A stretch of DNA of 64,000 bases from assembly GCA_013265495.1 (NCBI GenBank), contig MU058824.1:1887111-1951110 (forward strand), in the 5' to 3' direction. Of this stretch, positions 25,701-37,979 are shown in pieces; positions within the stretch are counted from its first letter, which is position 1, and each line of letters starts with the position of its first letter. The translations under genes and the position numbers were made by a program. Below the pieces are notes generated by a model. The model saw only the letters and a program-made list of their open reading frames with translations. It was not told where the DNA came from and ran no database searches. Source of the stretch: Vicugna vicugna (taxonomy: Eukaryota).

Positions 25701-28700
25701 ATATGTGGGCTTTGGAGTCTAATCTGTGCTGCAGGGGCAGAGGGGAAATCCTATAGCAGGAGGGGAGTCTTGAGGTCAGCCTCACAGAAGGAACAGCAGA
25801 GACCAAGAGGGGGAGACACCCAGAGGTATTTCTTTCCTTCTTTCTGTAAATGCTGCTTTTGCCAATAATTGGCATTTAGGAAGATAGTCATACTGTTGCT
25901 TTAAATAGAAAGTTTTTGAAATAGAGCCTGTTTAAATGTGGAGAGTGCACTGTATTCTTTTCAAGGCCCCTAAACCCAGCCGGCCGGCCCCTTTCACTCA
26001 TCTGAGTGCTACTGTCTAGTGGCGGCCATTAGAACTGCATGTGTGGTGTCTCAAAAGAGGATGGAACCTGCTTTTATGCTACAAACCCAGCCTTGTTTGA
26101 GGGAGACAGATATAGTAATGATTTAATGCTGATTCAGAGCAAAAATTGTTAAATCCACATCTCTCTAAAATATAACAGGTGCTTTTTAAGCAGTTTTTTT
26201 CTTTCTCGCATCACCCTCCTTTACAGACCTACTTGGGCTTGAGTGTCTTCAGTTAGAGTCTGGCTGTAGCCCGAGCATTTGCTAGAATGCTTATTACTGA
26301 CCTTTTTTTCCTCTTTTTCACCCCTTTTAAGTGCACAACTCAATGATCTCTAGTAAATTCATAGAGTTGCACAGCCATCCCCACAGTCCGGTTTTAGAAC
26401 ATTTCCATCACCCCTAAAAGATACCTTGGGCCCATTTGCTTCTATGAATCTGCTTGTTGTGGGCATTTCATTTACCAGTCATACAGTATGTGATCATTTG
26501 CATCAAGTTCTTTTGCTTAGCGTAGTATTCTTGAAGTTCAACCATGTCATAGCATGTATTTTTTTTACTGAGAAGCATTCCATCACATGGATGTGCCATA
26601 TTTTGATTATCCACTAACCAGCTGATGGACATTTGGATTGTTTCTACCTTTTGGCTATTATGAATAATGCCATGAACATTCCTGGGCAAGTCTTTGTGGG
26701 AATGTATGTTTTCCTTTCTGCCGGGGGCATTTTTTTCAACAGAGGCTCAATTTCCATTGTCTAAATGTACCATAACATTTTTAAATCTTTTTTGTTTTGT
26801 TTTGTTATGAGAATTCGGCCACAGATATTCTTATGTCTGGGCTATTCTGCAGCATTAAAACACAACTAAAAAAGTTTTAAAAGTCACAAGGAACACACAT
26901 CTAAAATTTTCACTAGCCCAGAAAAAGTTCCCAGTACCAACAGGTGAGGCCCACAGAGTGGCAGGGAGGCCTGCTGAGGAGTCGGGGATGGGGCAGGAAG
27001 CAGAGGCCGGCCAATGGTGAGGCAGCTTCCTGGGAGTTAAGCCTGAAGACAGGCACAGGCCAGCGAACCTTCCTGTGGCTATTAATGAGAACCTGTGGCC
27101 TGGGCCTCTTCAAGGGGACCAGTCTTTGGGAAGCTGAGAGCAATATGATTTGGAAACAAAGCTCATGGAAGTAAAAACAAGGTCCTTTGGCCTCCTCCAC
27201 CAGGAGAAGGGGTCCTGAGTTACCCCACCAAGCATGTTGAGAGCATTCTTGGATTCAGAAATCATGTCATACCCTTGCCCCCAGTGGCATTACTGGGACT
27301 TGCAAAAACAGTGGTGTTGGTTCCCAAAGCCCCACGCCTTGCTTAGGGCCTTCCATGAGTGGCATCTTAGCAGGACTAAACCTCCCTTCTGACACAAAAG
27401 CTTTATCCTACCAGTTCAGGATTGAGTCAAAATATTAAAAATAGTACAAACCACTGAACATTACCAACAGCTCACATATCAAATCACTGACCTTTTACTG
27501 TGAGCAGAAGTCTGAGCTAATGCTGATAGCCAGCTCCTAACTGAGCACATCCTGAGTGAGGCTCTAGTGGAATGAGGAGGGATGGAGAGAACAGGCTGGA
27601 CTTAGGGAGCCCTCGGTTCTATTTCCAGTCTGCTGCCACCTGACTGTATAGTCTTGAGCAAGTCAGTTTAGCTCTCTGGGCCTCAGTTTTCCTATTTCTG
27701 CAATGACCAGGGATAACCAGTAGGAAGTAACTGCCTGGAGCCTCGTCTTGTGAGTTTCTGAGGCAGCCTTCAGACTCAGTGGGAAAGAGTGCTGTGATCA
27801 ATTAGTTATGTCTGGCCCAGGCACACACAAAGACAGTGGTGGCCAATGTATCACATTTGCTATCCCTGAGCTAAATAACCTCTGTAGGCCTTCCCACTTC
27901 TCCATCTCTGAGAGGGCAAAGACTCTTATTTCCAAGAGACCTGTAACTGTTCTCACCATCCACTCAGCTAGACTCCGGAGGACTTGGTACAAGTATTTTA
28001 ACTGGAGTGGAGAGAAATTCCTTCCCAATCTACTGGGGGGCAAAAAGGAATTTCTTTCTTCTTTTGAGAAACCCTGTTTCTAAAAAAAGCATGAACCTCA
28101 GAAGAGGTAATAAATCCAATCTAGTAAGAGCCCAGAGAAGCAGGAATATCTGGACAATGAAATGTGCTAAGTCCATCGAGAGCATGAGGCTACCCAGTGC
28201 TGAAAGCAGCCTCTGCCCAAGGAGATTCAGCAGATGCACTGTACACAGCCCCATTGGACAACCTTGTGTCAGTCACGTGGGGCTTTGTTACCGTGGGATT
28301 TCTAAGAGGCTCTGGTAAGATAATGCATATCATGAGCCTCTAGAAGGGGGCTAGGGTATGCAGCATTCCTCACACATCTTTGAGTGGGACCATGTGCCCA
28401 TCTAGCATCTTGAGAGACCAGTACATTCTGGGAAATGTATTCTTGGATTGGCCCTGGACGAGACCTGCCAGGGAAGGTGGGAGAAGAGAGAAAGCAGTGC
28501 TTCTTCCAGGCAGACATCCCAGCTCAGCACTGTGGGCTTTTCTTCTTACCCGTGATCTCTTAGAGACTTGTGATAACTCTGGAGAGGGGAAGCAAAGGAG
28601 AAAAAGAACTCCATTTATTGAGCGCCTGGTATATGCCCAGACAGTGAGCAAGGCACTGTATGTCAAACGCCTCCCAGTCCTGGGAGGTGGATACTGTTAA

Positions 28701-31700
28701 CCCCACTTGACAGGTGATGGAAGTGAGGCTCAGAAATGAGCACACTTGCCAAAGTCTCAAAGCCCGAGGATATTAAGATGAGGTTAGCTAACATTTATAA
28801 AGCGTCTCACTATGTATCAGGCACTGTGCTGGGCAGTTAAGGTGTAGTTACTCTGTTAACCCTTGTAACAATCCTGTGATAATTATGAGGAGGCTAAAGT
28901 TCAGAGAGGTTAACTCTCAGTTACCCAGCAAAGAAGCAACAGGACCAGCATTCACACCCAGGCAGTGGGACTCCAGAGGCCCTGCTCTAAAGTGATTCCC
29001 GTTGTTCTAGAAATCCCCATGGTAGTCCTCTTCAAAAGCATGTCCGTCTCACCCTAGGTACCAGGAACACCAGCCTGATTAGGAAATGGTGCTGGGCAGG
29101 ACATCCCCTGGGTAGCCACCTCTGCCAAGGGCTGCCTGGTTATAACTTCCATGGGTCACCCAGGTCTCCTTCCCTCCCACTCCAGACTGGCAGCCATCGC
29201 TCTGCTGGTCCTAGATGAGGAGGAGAGTGCCTTCTGGTGTCTGGTGGCCATCGTGGAGGTCATCATGCCAGCTGATTACTACAGCAAGACGCTCTTGGCA
29301 TCCCAGGTGAGCAGGGCAGGGATGGGACCTGGAGCCACGCAGGTCAGTGCCCCTGTGTTGTTCCGAGAAGCCGGTGAATCTCAGGAAAGTCAGTAATGTC
29401 TCAAGCCTCTAAATCTCCCTCTGTACAGTGGGCTGCTGTGAAGTTCCAGTGAGCTGATGGCCTTGAGAACTGTGGGGGCCCTGCCCACAAGATAGACCAT
29501 TGTTTTTCCAGTGGTGATGTGAGGTCATTAGAAACAGTTGATTTCCTGGAGAGGGGAGGAGAATATAATCTAATGTCACTTGGTATTTGCCAGTCAAGAA
29601 TTTCAAAACAGAGGTCAGGTAGGGTGGAAGTCGGGACTGGGAAGATGGGAGGTGACGGAAATTCTTCATGCACGCGCACCACAGCCTCCTGAGCAGCACA
29701 GCTGCCTCCGTCACCTCGTGGCCCCTCGGCTGCCCTCCGAGCACAGGCCATCCTGGAGTCAGGCGGAGCTCGGTTCAGAAGTGACCCTCCAGTAACCAGC
29801 TGTGTGCATAGCAAGCGGCATCATCTCTCTGAAATTCGGGCTTGCCAGCTTTTGGATGGGAGTAACGTTACTTCCTGGGCTTGCTGAGAGGTATAAATGG
29901 GAAACCATTTCAAACCTGCCACCCCTACCCCCAGCCTCTCCCTCCTCGCCCCTTGTCCCATTCTTGCTCCATCAGCGCGTGTGCTTTATGGAGACAGGCC
30001 ACCCAGAAGGAACCTTCTCACTCCCCTTCCAAACCTACTAAGCCATTACCCGCCCACCCATCCTGTTCTTTCCTACTGCGAGCACCGAGCACCAAACACT
30101 GCTTCCTCCTTCTGGGACACAGACCTGGGTGGGGAGGTGAGGAGAGAGATTAGGGATGGAGATCAAAACTTAGGAGTCATCAGGAAATAGATGGTGAACC
30201 AGATAAGGATTGTGTGTGGCTGTGTAGCAGGGAGACCCAACCTAACAGTGGCTTAAATGGGGGATTATTTTTCCCAGATAATGAAGAAGCTGAAGGCTCC
30301 TTCCAGCTCTCTGTTCTGCAACATGACTTTCATTCTCCTGCTCATCACCTCGTGGTCACAAGATGGCTGCACCACCTCTGGCACTGTGGCCATGGTCCAG
30401 GCTGAAAGAAGCAGAGGGTGAAAGGCAGGCACTGGCTGGCTCCCCTTCCAATAGCCTTCCCCACCCAGCAACTTCTGCTTACCTCTTATTGGTCAGAACT
30501 GTGTTGCATGGCACCTCTAGTTGCAAGGCAGGCTGGGAAATATACAAATATTTTACTTTACAACTATTTCACTATCACATTTTAACATCTCTGGAATTGA
30601 GGTATATTGTATAAACCAATGTGTTATGGTGTGTGTTTTGTTTGTTTTGTTTATTTTTAGTACGGAAAATTTCAAATGTACCAAAAAATAGAGAAAACAG
30701 TGTAGTGAACTTCCATGTATCCATTACCTAGTTTCAATAATTATCAACATAGGAAGACCAGTGCTGTTTCACCTACACTCCCACCCACTCCTTCTTTGAT
30801 GACCTGGAAGTATATCTCAGACATCATATCTGTTCATCTATAAATCCTTCAGTAGGTTCAGTGGCATCTTCGATTCAGTGAGTTGCCCTAGGTTTTGAGC
30901 TGGACACTCGGCCTCTGCAGCAGACCTGGAGTTCAGAGAGAGGAAGGGAGGGAGAGGGCATTCGCCACAGCTGCTGGCTAAAGTCCAGAAGAAGGCTTAA
31001 ATGGAGGGAAAGGGCTGAGAAACCAGCAGTTCCAGGAAAGGAAGAGCAAGAGGAGCCTAACATAGGCTTGTCACAGAGGTAGGGGGCAGCCACAAAAGAA
31101 CCATATGCCAGAGCCAGGGAAGGAGGCAGTTCTGGGAGTAATCAGCCAGGTCAAGTGCAACATTGACGGAGGTGTAACAGTAACCATGTGGAGAGTTCAC
31201 TAGAAACCTCACCCAGCAGCATCACCCTTGATGTCAGGTGTGGTTTCCCAGACACCCACCCACAAGACCTTGCCCTGAGCATCTTGTGCATCAGGCCCAA
31301 AATGGGTAGCAAGGAGCAGCCGTGGTGTCAGCCGATAAAGCCTGAGCTCCTACTTGGCTTGACGTTCAGGGGGACAAAGGGCCAGAAGTCCACTGACCGA
31401 GAACTTATGATCCACAGAGACCTCCACATCAAAGCTCTAGCCTGAAAAGCTGCTTGCCTGTGGAGTGACCTGTCTCCTGGCCAGGCTGGGCTCTAGCTCC
31501 TCCAGGCGCTCTGTGCTCCCAGGCAGGGCAGGACCCACTGGGGGAAGCTCCAGGGCTGTGTGTGTGTGGACTGGCTGGGTGTGAAGGGGCAGGTAGGAGG
31601 GAGGCAGCACCTTCTGTGGGGCGGCAGCTGACAGCCCTCGCGTCACTTGCAGGTGGACCAGCGGGTTCTCCAGGACCTCCTCTCAGAGAAGCTGCCCAGG

Positions 31701-33624
31701 CTGATGGCCCACCTGGGGCAGCACCGTGTGGACCTGTCCTTCATCACCTTCAACTGGTTCCTCGTGGTCTTTGCAGACAGTCTCATCAGCAACATCCTCT
31801 TCCAAGTATGGGATGCCTTCCTCTACGAGGGCACCAAGGTAGAGCACTGTAGGGGATGTAGGAGATGGGAGGGTGCGCAGGAGGGTCCTGGCCAGGTCTC
31901 TGCATCCCCTGGGTCTCGATTCTGCCCCTAGACAATGAGAGGACAGTGCTCACTGTCAGGTCTGTGGAAGACCTCTCCTGGGAGCATGGCTTTGTAAGCT
32001 CAAGTGCTTTGCACCCATGAGGGAAAGTAGTGCTTCTGCCCCTGAAGATGAATCCTAAAGTTGAGGGGATTTCCTTTCCCTGGAGAGGAGGCACGAGCAT
32101 GACCAGGAGGGAGGTCGCTGTTCCATCCCTTGCCCCTCCAGCACCCAGGCCCCACCTTCTCCTCCTCCTGTTTGGACTGAGCCCCAGACTGAGAGGCTGG
32201 CACTTGAGTCTGGTCCCAGCTCTGCCCCTTACCTTGCTAGGAGATCCTGGACAGGCCATCCCCTAGCCTCTGCCCCGTATCCATGGTGATTGATAATGTA
32301 CTGCACCTCACAGTTTACCCAGCACCCTCAGATCTGCCTCTCCATTCAATTCCTGCTGATGCCCCATGTAAAGACAGTGTTACCCCGAGTTAGGTCCAAT
32401 AAGGGCAAGACCTTGCCCAGGGTCCCAGGACTAGTCAGTCCTAATCCCCAGATTCTAAGCTGTGTTCCCCATGGGGTTTCCAATCTCCCCCTCCCCTTGG
32501 CCTTCCCCTACAGTTTCCTCCAAGCCTTCAACCTCTGCAGCCTGCCTAGGGACTTCCACACCACCTAGGGGTGTGGGCTCTACTCCCTCTGGGGATTCCC
32601 TGCCCTGGTTCCCCACACCCAACCTGAGCCCCTACTTTGCCCCCCAGGTGGTGTTCCGCTACGCCTTGGCCATTTTCAAGTACAACGAGGAGGCGATCCT
32701 GAGGCTGCAGGATGGTCTGGAGATCTACCAGTACCTGCGCTTCTTCACCAAGACCATTTGCAACAGCCAGTGAGAACCTGCTCCTGCCCCCACCCTGCCC
32801 CTCCACCACACCCACCACCCACACATGCCCACCCAGGACACATAGCAGAGAGGAGGCTGGTGTTTCCAAGTGTGGGTTGATTAGTGCTGCTAATCCTCCG
32901 TTACAGCTTTGAACTGTCTCTAGGGACTTTCCTCAGCGTCTTTCTGCCCCTTAACACGACACTTGAGGCCTCCATGCAGTTTGATTTCTTGCTCACCTTT
33001 TCCTGCCCCCAACACCCATGCCCTATGATCTTGCCAAACAGAATTATTTGAGTTACCAGAACAACCTCCATCTCTAGGCTTCTGGCCTTGCAGCTTCTTC
33101 TTCTTGGACTGTCTCGTTACCTCTTCCACCACCACCATCTTTGCCTGGACTACTTCTACTGATTTTTCAAAACTCAACTCACTTGTCCCCTCCTCCAAGA
33201 AGTCTTCCCTGACCAACTTTTCCTTCCCATAGCCCTAAGCTCCCTCCTGCCTCAGTATATGTCACTTTGGGTGGAAATTATCTTCTTATTCACTGTTTCC
33301 TCTCTGGAAGGGGCCTCGGCTGCATGAGCGGAATGAACGCAGGGGTACCTGGGACTGTTGGAGAATGTGGGCCCGGGGCGGGCACTGGCTCTGGGCTGAC
33401 TGTGCTCTCCCCACAGGAAGCTGATGAACATCGCCTTCAACGACATGAACCCCTTTCCTATGAAACAGCTGTGGCAGCTGCGGACGGCCCACCGGGAGCG
33501 ACTGGAGGCTGAGCTGCACGAGCTGGAGCAGTTCAAGGCAGAGTACTTGGAGACCCGGACGTGCCAGGGCCCCGCGGTGCCCGAGAGTTGCACCAGTGAG
33601 GATGAGGGGGACTTGGAGGCCTGA
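1659..33624 (+). CDS. TBC1D2: TBC1 domain family member 2A (Armus/PARIS-1), 5'-partial spliced CDS: join(1659..1792,5069..5262,13318..13701,18932..19042,22267..22454,23482..23958,29186..29306,31653..31838,32648..32769,33417..33624)
   Basis: Ten AG/GT-bounded exons total 2125 nt (1 nt + 708 codons including TGA) with matching phases at every junction. The translation matches TBC1D2 as recalled: NTMHNIR, coiled coil [20 protein letters not shown] domain [10 protein letters not shown] and YCQGLNR, C-terminus [11 protein letters not shown]. The N-terminal PH-domain exons lie upstream of the window. Confidence 0.97.
1945..2105 (-). mobile_element. Old L1 (L1M) 3' end fragment
   Basis: T-rich start, then gttcagtggcattaagtacat...tgtgcaaccatcaccacc, typical of an antisense L1MA/MB 3' UTR. 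Confidence 0.7.
2618..2960 (-). mobile_element. Old L1 (L1MB-like) 3' end fragment
   Basis: Poly-T tail, then aattcacataccat...caggcaaccactaa...tatagatttgcctgtt..ggacatttcat. Confidence 0.75.
4266..4476 (+). mobile_element. MER58A-like hAT-Charlie MITE
   Basis: ggccatatggtctctgttgcaagtactcaactctgcc...gtgttccagtaaaactttatttacaaaa matches the recalled MER58 consensus. Confidence 0.75.
4841..5027 (+). mobile_element. MER5A hAT-Charlie MITE
   Basis: TIRs cagtggttctcaaa / tttgagaactactg; internal atcacctaggaa and ctgcattttactaag; about 190 bp. Confidence 0.85.
5069..5262 (+). CDS. TBC1D2: TBC1D2 coding exon (probably exon 5)
   Basis: Acceptor tttttcctcttgaacag|GG; encodes KDSADSLK...[27 protein letters not shown]; donor AAG|gtaagc. 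This frame is not in the ORF track and was read by hand. Confidence 0.93.
5767..5881 (+). mobile_element. tRNA-Ala-derived SINE (camelid Vic-1-like)
   Basis: A-box-like agctcagtag, anticodon arm gtgc-TTAGCAT-gcat, B box ggttcaatcc and A-rich tail; 16-bp TSD AAGAAAAGAAC(G/A)AGCT at 5751-5766 and 5882-5897. Confidence 0.9.
6270..6963. mobile_element. Cluster of rearranged L1 fragments
   Basis: 6270-6435: L1 3' end, + strand. About 6495-6803: ORF2 remnant, + strand ([28 protein letters not shown]). About 6850-6963: ORF1 C-terminus, - strand ([15 protein letters not shown]...[10 protein letters not shown]). Confidence 0.85.
10540..10760 (-). mobile_element. Old L1 3' fragment
   Basis: tcatccatgttgtaacatg...gtgaataatgctgct, an antisense L1M signature. 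Confidence 0.7.
12759..13150. mobile_element. MLT1 (ERVL-MaLR) LTR remnant
   Basis: gtcacttggccatatctggct...ggctgggaaatgtagtcttt, a typical late MLT1 motif. Related remnants at about 1-250, 30200-30545 and 62330-62700. Confidence 0.7.
13318..13701 (+). CDS. TBC1D2: TBC1D2 coding exon, coiled-coil region (probably exon 6)
   Basis: Acceptor tgcccag|GAG; encodes [17 protein letters not shown]...QQEKMEHLK; donor AAG|gtaggg; 384 nt, phase 0/0. Confidence 0.96.
18932..19042 (+). CDS. TBC1D2: TBC1D2 coding exon (probably exon 7)
   Basis: Acceptor ctcttttccag|GAT; encodes [37 protein letters not shown]; donor AAG|gtgagg. Confidence 0.96.
19911..20206 (-). mobile_element. MER2-like Tigger (Tc1/mariner) MITE inserted in L1 ORF1
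   Basis: attataagtaatctagagatgatttaaagtat...gtaggttatatgcaaat is the reverse complement of the recalled MER2 core; flanked by TA at 19909-19910 and 20207-20208. Confidence 0.85.
20753..20840 (+). mobile_element. Second Vic-1-like tRNA-derived SINE, inserted in L1
   Basis: Shares catgaggtcctgggttcaatccc with the SINE at 5767; perfect 16-bp TSD AAATGTAAATAGATTA at 20737-20752 and 20841-20856. Confidence 0.88.
22267..22454 (+). CDS. TBC1D2: TBC1D2 coding exon (probably exon 8)
   Basis: Acceptor ccctcccacag|TGT; encodes [19 protein letters not shown]...VVLSPI; donor AG|gtaagc. Confidence 0.96.
23482..23958 (+). CDS. TBC1D2: TBC1D2 coding exon, N-terminal half of the TBC (Rab-GAP) domain (probably exon 9)
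   Basis: Encodes EYDEYGFL...[10 protein letters not shown]...GYCQGLN. Arg finger codon at 23834-23836 and Gln finger codon at 23945-23947 are intact. Donor AG|gtgagc. Confidence 0.97.
26300..26720 (-). mobile_element. Old L1 (L1MB-like) 3' fragment
   Basis: ttttagaacatttccatcacccc...gatggacatttggattgtttctaccttttggctattatgaataatgc. Confidence 0.8.
29186..29306 (+). CDS. TBC1D2: TBC1D2 coding exon (probably exon 10)
   Basis: Acceptor ccactccag|A; encodes [40 protein letters not shown]; donor CAG|gtgagc. Confidence 0.96.
30640..30850 (-). mobile_element. Old L1 (L1ME-like) 3' fragment, apparently inside a MER104-like remnant
   Basis: ggaaaatttcaaatgtacc...tagtttcaataattatcaacat. Flanks cacattttaacatctctgga (about 30577) and ggcatcttcgattc (about 30863) resemble MER104. 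Confidence 0.55.
31653..31838 (+). CDS. TBC1D2: TBC1D2 coding exon (probably exon 11)
   Basis: Acceptor cacttgcag|GTG; encodes [17 protein letters not shown]...[10 protein letters not shown]; donor AAG|gtagag. Confidence 0.96.
32648..32769 (+). CDS. TBC1D2: TBC1D2 coding exon (probably exon 12)
   Basis: Acceptor tgccccccag|GTG; encodes [15 protein letters not shown]...FTKTICNS; donor CA|gtgaga. Confidence 0.95.
33417..33624 (+). CDS. TBC1D2: TBC1D2 last coding exon, ending in TGA
   Basis: Acceptor ctctccccacag|G; encodes [18 protein letters not shown]...SEDEGDLEA*. Confidence 0.96.
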
Positions 33625-33990
33625 CTTGGTCACCTGCCCTCCCCAAATCCCTTTCTCACCCTTGGCTGGCAGGCCCATAGGACAGCCATGGAGGTGATCC
33701 AGGCCCCCTACCTAAGCCCCATCACCATGTGACCCTAGGCAAGTCCCTACCATTCTCTGGGACTCAGTCACCCCATTGGGACACTGGCTTCTGAAGCCAT
33801 TGGTTGGGTTATCTGCTCATGACACGTCTCCAGGATGCACCCCTTCTCATTCCTCCATAGAGCACTTTAGTACACAGACAATCAAGAGTGCTGTCTTTAT
33901 AGGGTAACCTGAACATTCCCCAGGTTTTTTCTGTGTAAAACAGTGTAAATATTGGAAATAGTTCATAGTCTTTGGAATTTAACTGATTCT
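33625..33990 (+). other. TBC1D2: Probable TBC1D2 3' UTR (end uncertain)
   Basis: Follows the stop codon. AT-rich stretch at 33920-33990 with two TGTA elements (33934, 33944) and AATAGT at 33957; no canonical AATAAA. Confidence 0.5.
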
Positions 33991-36900
33991 CAGTAACCAG
34001 TTGTTCCTGGGTGGGCCGGAGGCTCCAGAGTGTTTCCAGCCTGGGACGTCCCTGGCTGCTCTTCCTGTGGGCGCCTCTGCAGTGCCAGTCCCCCTCCTGG
34101 TTCCTGGAAGAGCTGGGACCCTGTGCATTTAGGGCTTCTGTCTTTCTGGGTGACACCGCCTCTCCAATGCTGGTGGGGCCTTTGTTCCAGGCCCGGCTCC
34201 CACCTAGCGAGGCCTGTTTCCTGAGCCTTGCCCCTGTTCTCTCCTTTCTGCTCACAGCCCATCTAGGGGTGGGAGTGGGGGGCATTTCCTGTCCACCACC
34301 AAGAGGAACTTGGTGTGGGGGCCTGGGCAGAGAGCCCTGGGTCAGGTGCCCAACTGCTGATCTCCCATCACCAACTTCACAGGCAGGGGCAAGAAAAGTC
34401 ATGTCTTTGAAAAATGTTTGGTTGGGAGGGGGAGGAAGAGGTGGTGAGAGGGACAGAGCTGCAGCCTGTTGCCAAGTCAGGGCTGGCTCATCACAGCACC
34501 CACGTGTGCAGAACTCAGCTCCAGTTCTCCTGGGCTCTTCCAGGCCCTTCCTCAGCAGACAAGCTTCCCGCATTTGCCTCAAGGCAGAGCGCCGAGGCTG
34601 CACAAATGACTTTGGCAGCTCATTTCTCAGCAAAGCCTGTGACTGTGCAGGGCTCAGCAGTCTTTGGTATGAAGGACTGGGGTGGCGTTTCCCTGATCTG
34701 GGGCTCTTGTCAGGGCAGGGGAGGAAGCCATGCCCGTTACTGGGGACCAGGGACAGACCCCTTTGTGACCCACAGGTCCCCCCTCCCCCTTCCCCGTGCC
34801 CCCTCCAACAACCCTGGGGAAGGGACCCTCAGGGTTTCTTTCGTGCCACATGCGCGTGGGCTACTGGCCGGCCCGGTTTCCTGTGAACACCTCACACCTG
34901 GGCTTGATGGCCTTTCTCATTTTTGCTGAACTTTTTTCATCTGCTGAGGTCCTTTCACCATCAAACAGTAACTGTTTAGCATGATAGTGACCGGAGGGTG
35001 ACCTGGTGGAGGTCCTGGCTGCACCAGCAACAGGCTGCGTGCTGTAACCCTGAGGGTCATCACCGGGGAGACAAGGGGTCCAGCCTCCAGGAACTCTGGG
35101 AGGGTTAAAGGCGATGACACTGGTGCTGAGCCTGGTGCTGGCACAGACTGAAGCACAATCACAGGCCATAAGTGGCCTTTTCACGAAGAAAATGTCACCA
35201 GGAGGGCCCTGAGGCCTAGAAAAGGCCCAAGGCTCTAGGAAAGAATAGGTCCAGCTGGTCCCTCAGACTCTAGCCTTAAAATCAAGTTACGTCCTCAGCA
35301 GAAAATACAGCAAACAATCCCAGTTCAGACAGAGGCTGCCAGAAAAATGGCCCCCTCTTCTCCCTCCCCCCGTCTTCCTCTGCCCCTCTCCTCCTCTTCC
35401 CTCTCATCTCTCCCCTCCTCTCCTCTCCACTATTCTCCCCCAACCTCCATCTTTCCCACACACATTCAGACAGGGAAGCTCTGCCCAGAGCTGGGTGCCT
35501 ACCCCCACTTCCCCTCCCCTACTGGAGGGAGGGGTGGTGCTCTGCAGCTGGTCCAGCACTGGGTCACCTCTGGATCCTACCTGGCTGCACCATAGAATCA
35601 CCTAAGTGCTGGCCCCCCACACTCAGAGCCTACTGGGGGGCATGGGCATTGAGAGAGTCAGAGACCACAAGTAATGGGGAGTGATTGGCGGGGCCTCCTA
35701 CCCATTACCAGGGAGCTGGAGCCAGAGCCAGGAATGAGAACTGCCTGTCCTAGAGCACCCACTCACTCCAGGCCAAGCTCAGTTTACAGATGAGGAGACA
35801 AGGCTCAGAGAGGTTAAACTACTTGCCGAAAGTCACACAGCCACTGAGTAGTTAAGACATGCTCAAGCCTTAGAAGTGATAACTGCAAAACCAGGGAGGG
35901 ATCCTCCAAGCTCAGGAGCCTTCTCTGGATCCTGAAACACCTCCCCCAAGAGCCCAGGGGAAAGGGCAAGGCTAGCCTACAACCTCCTGAGTGGTGTAGG
36001 GCCCGTGAGGATAGCTCCAGGGAGAGGAAAATGGGAGGAAGGACCGTCCACCTGACAGGGAAGCTGTAGCAGGGACTGGTGGGGGTAGGGCCAAACCCCA
36101 AGAATGTCTGAGGCTGCTGCTGCTCCTAGGGAGACTGCCTACCCCCCCAGCTCTTCCTGAAAGGCATTTGGGGCCCACCCCTGGTGTCAGGTTCCTGGCC
36201 CTGCACCATAGCTGTCGCCCCTCATCCCCAGGGGCTGCTGCCTTCCAGGGCTAGAGGATCTGATCCATCACAGCCCTACCTCCCTACCCCAGGGGATGGG
36301 CCCTCTAGCTCAAAGCATTCCTCTCTCAGACATAGGCCCCGGGCAAGCTCACGTCCAAGCTCCATTCCATAGGGGAGGAGAAAGGATTTACCTGGGGAGC
36401 CTGCCTGGGGCAATATCCACCCAGAGTAAGACTCCTCAAAACAGGAGGGAGGGCCTGGAGGGCACTTTGGAAGACCCTTCCCCACCGCAAAGTGGGAGAT
36501 GCACACTCACTTCTACAGAATGCCTGTGTTTAGGGTACTCTCCCCCATATTCAGAATCTCACATCCCAGGCACTGCTGTACCCTCATTCTTTCTCAGCTA
36601 AATCTGCACAGGGCCATATTGTACAGAAAGCTCCATGCTGGGCAGGTAGAGGAGAGAACTTGCCCCTCCACCCCCACACACACGTTCTGGTTCCCCGTTA
36701 GACACTGACTCACACATGGCAGATTAAACAAAGCAGGCCATGTGGACATAAGAAGATGTTGGATTTCTGGCCCATCCCAATCAGCAATAAGGCCCAATAG
36801 AAAGTGCTAGTAGATGGGCTCAACTTCGTGACCAGACCTATTGTGTCATTTCCTAGCTAGGGACCCGTGTGCATGTCATCCCTTCTCGGGCCTCAGTTTC

Positions 36901-37979
36901 CCATGTGTGCAATTCACATGGTTAGAGGGTAGCCTTCACCAAGTGGACCAGAGTCAGAGGGAGGGAAGGGTCAGGAGAATGAGGAAATACACACAGCATC
37001 TCTAGGAAGGGCCCATGTCATGTATTGCAGAGGACCAATGGCCTCCCCTCTGGTCCATATGCCCATGGTCCCCAGAGAAATCCCTGTCAAACCAGCCTTT
37101 CCTCAAACACAGTCCCAGCCACCTACCATAGTGACACAGAGTGGGAAAATGCATGTCCACAAGGGATCTGGGAAGCCTTCCTGGGGAAGGACGTATGAGT
37201 CTGGTTAGACAGTAGGAGATGATGTGGGGAGAGAATTCCTGACAGAGGACAATGTGAACAAGGGCACAGAGGTGTGAGTGCAAGGGAGTGGGGGATGCAC
37301 CAGAGTTACTGGCCTAAGTCCTAGGTGAATTAAGACATTCAGGTGAACTACCACTTACTGAGCCAGGCACTGCTCTAGTCCCTGGAGATACACCACTGAA
37401 CAAAGAGCTTTTTTCAAAAGAGGTGGTGTGATATAGTAGCTACGAGCTTAGGCTTGGGAGCCACACTGCCTACCTGTGTGATCTTAAGCGAGATACTTCT
37501 CTGTGCCTCAGAGTAAAATAGGTGTGTCATACGTAACCTCGTAGGCTTGTGTGACGGTAAAGTGCGGTGATGCGTTTAAGGTGCCTAGAACAGTGTCTGG
37601 CTCTTTAAGGGTTAGGTGGTATTACTAAAAGGCTGGGCCTCCTCATGGAGATTATCTAGTGTGTTCGACCCCAAAGCTGGCGAGACTGGGCAGCAGCGCC
37701 CTCTCCTGGCTACCGAGAGAAAGAAGAGCATCCTCCCCATACTCAGCAGCTCTCCCTGCCCTCTTCCTCCCGGAGGACCGGGAAGCCTCGGGAATTACAC
37801 TACCGGCGCAGGTTCACCGAAAAGACTCCTGTGGCGGACTCTGAGCGCGCACTTTACCGGGCCGTAAATTAGATCCTCTCATCTAATTCTCAGACAGCTC
37901 TCTGAGGCAGACGCGGTTACTGTTTACATTTCACAAAAGGAGGCTCCCGGGAGGCCAAGTCCCTTGTCCCATGTCACTC

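Noticed and set aside
33809..34929. Long overlapping ORFs (291 aa +, 274 aa -, 171 aa +) downstream of TBC1D2
   Set aside because: No recognisable domain; low-complexity P/G/L/S/R-rich translations, as expected by chance in GC-rich DNA
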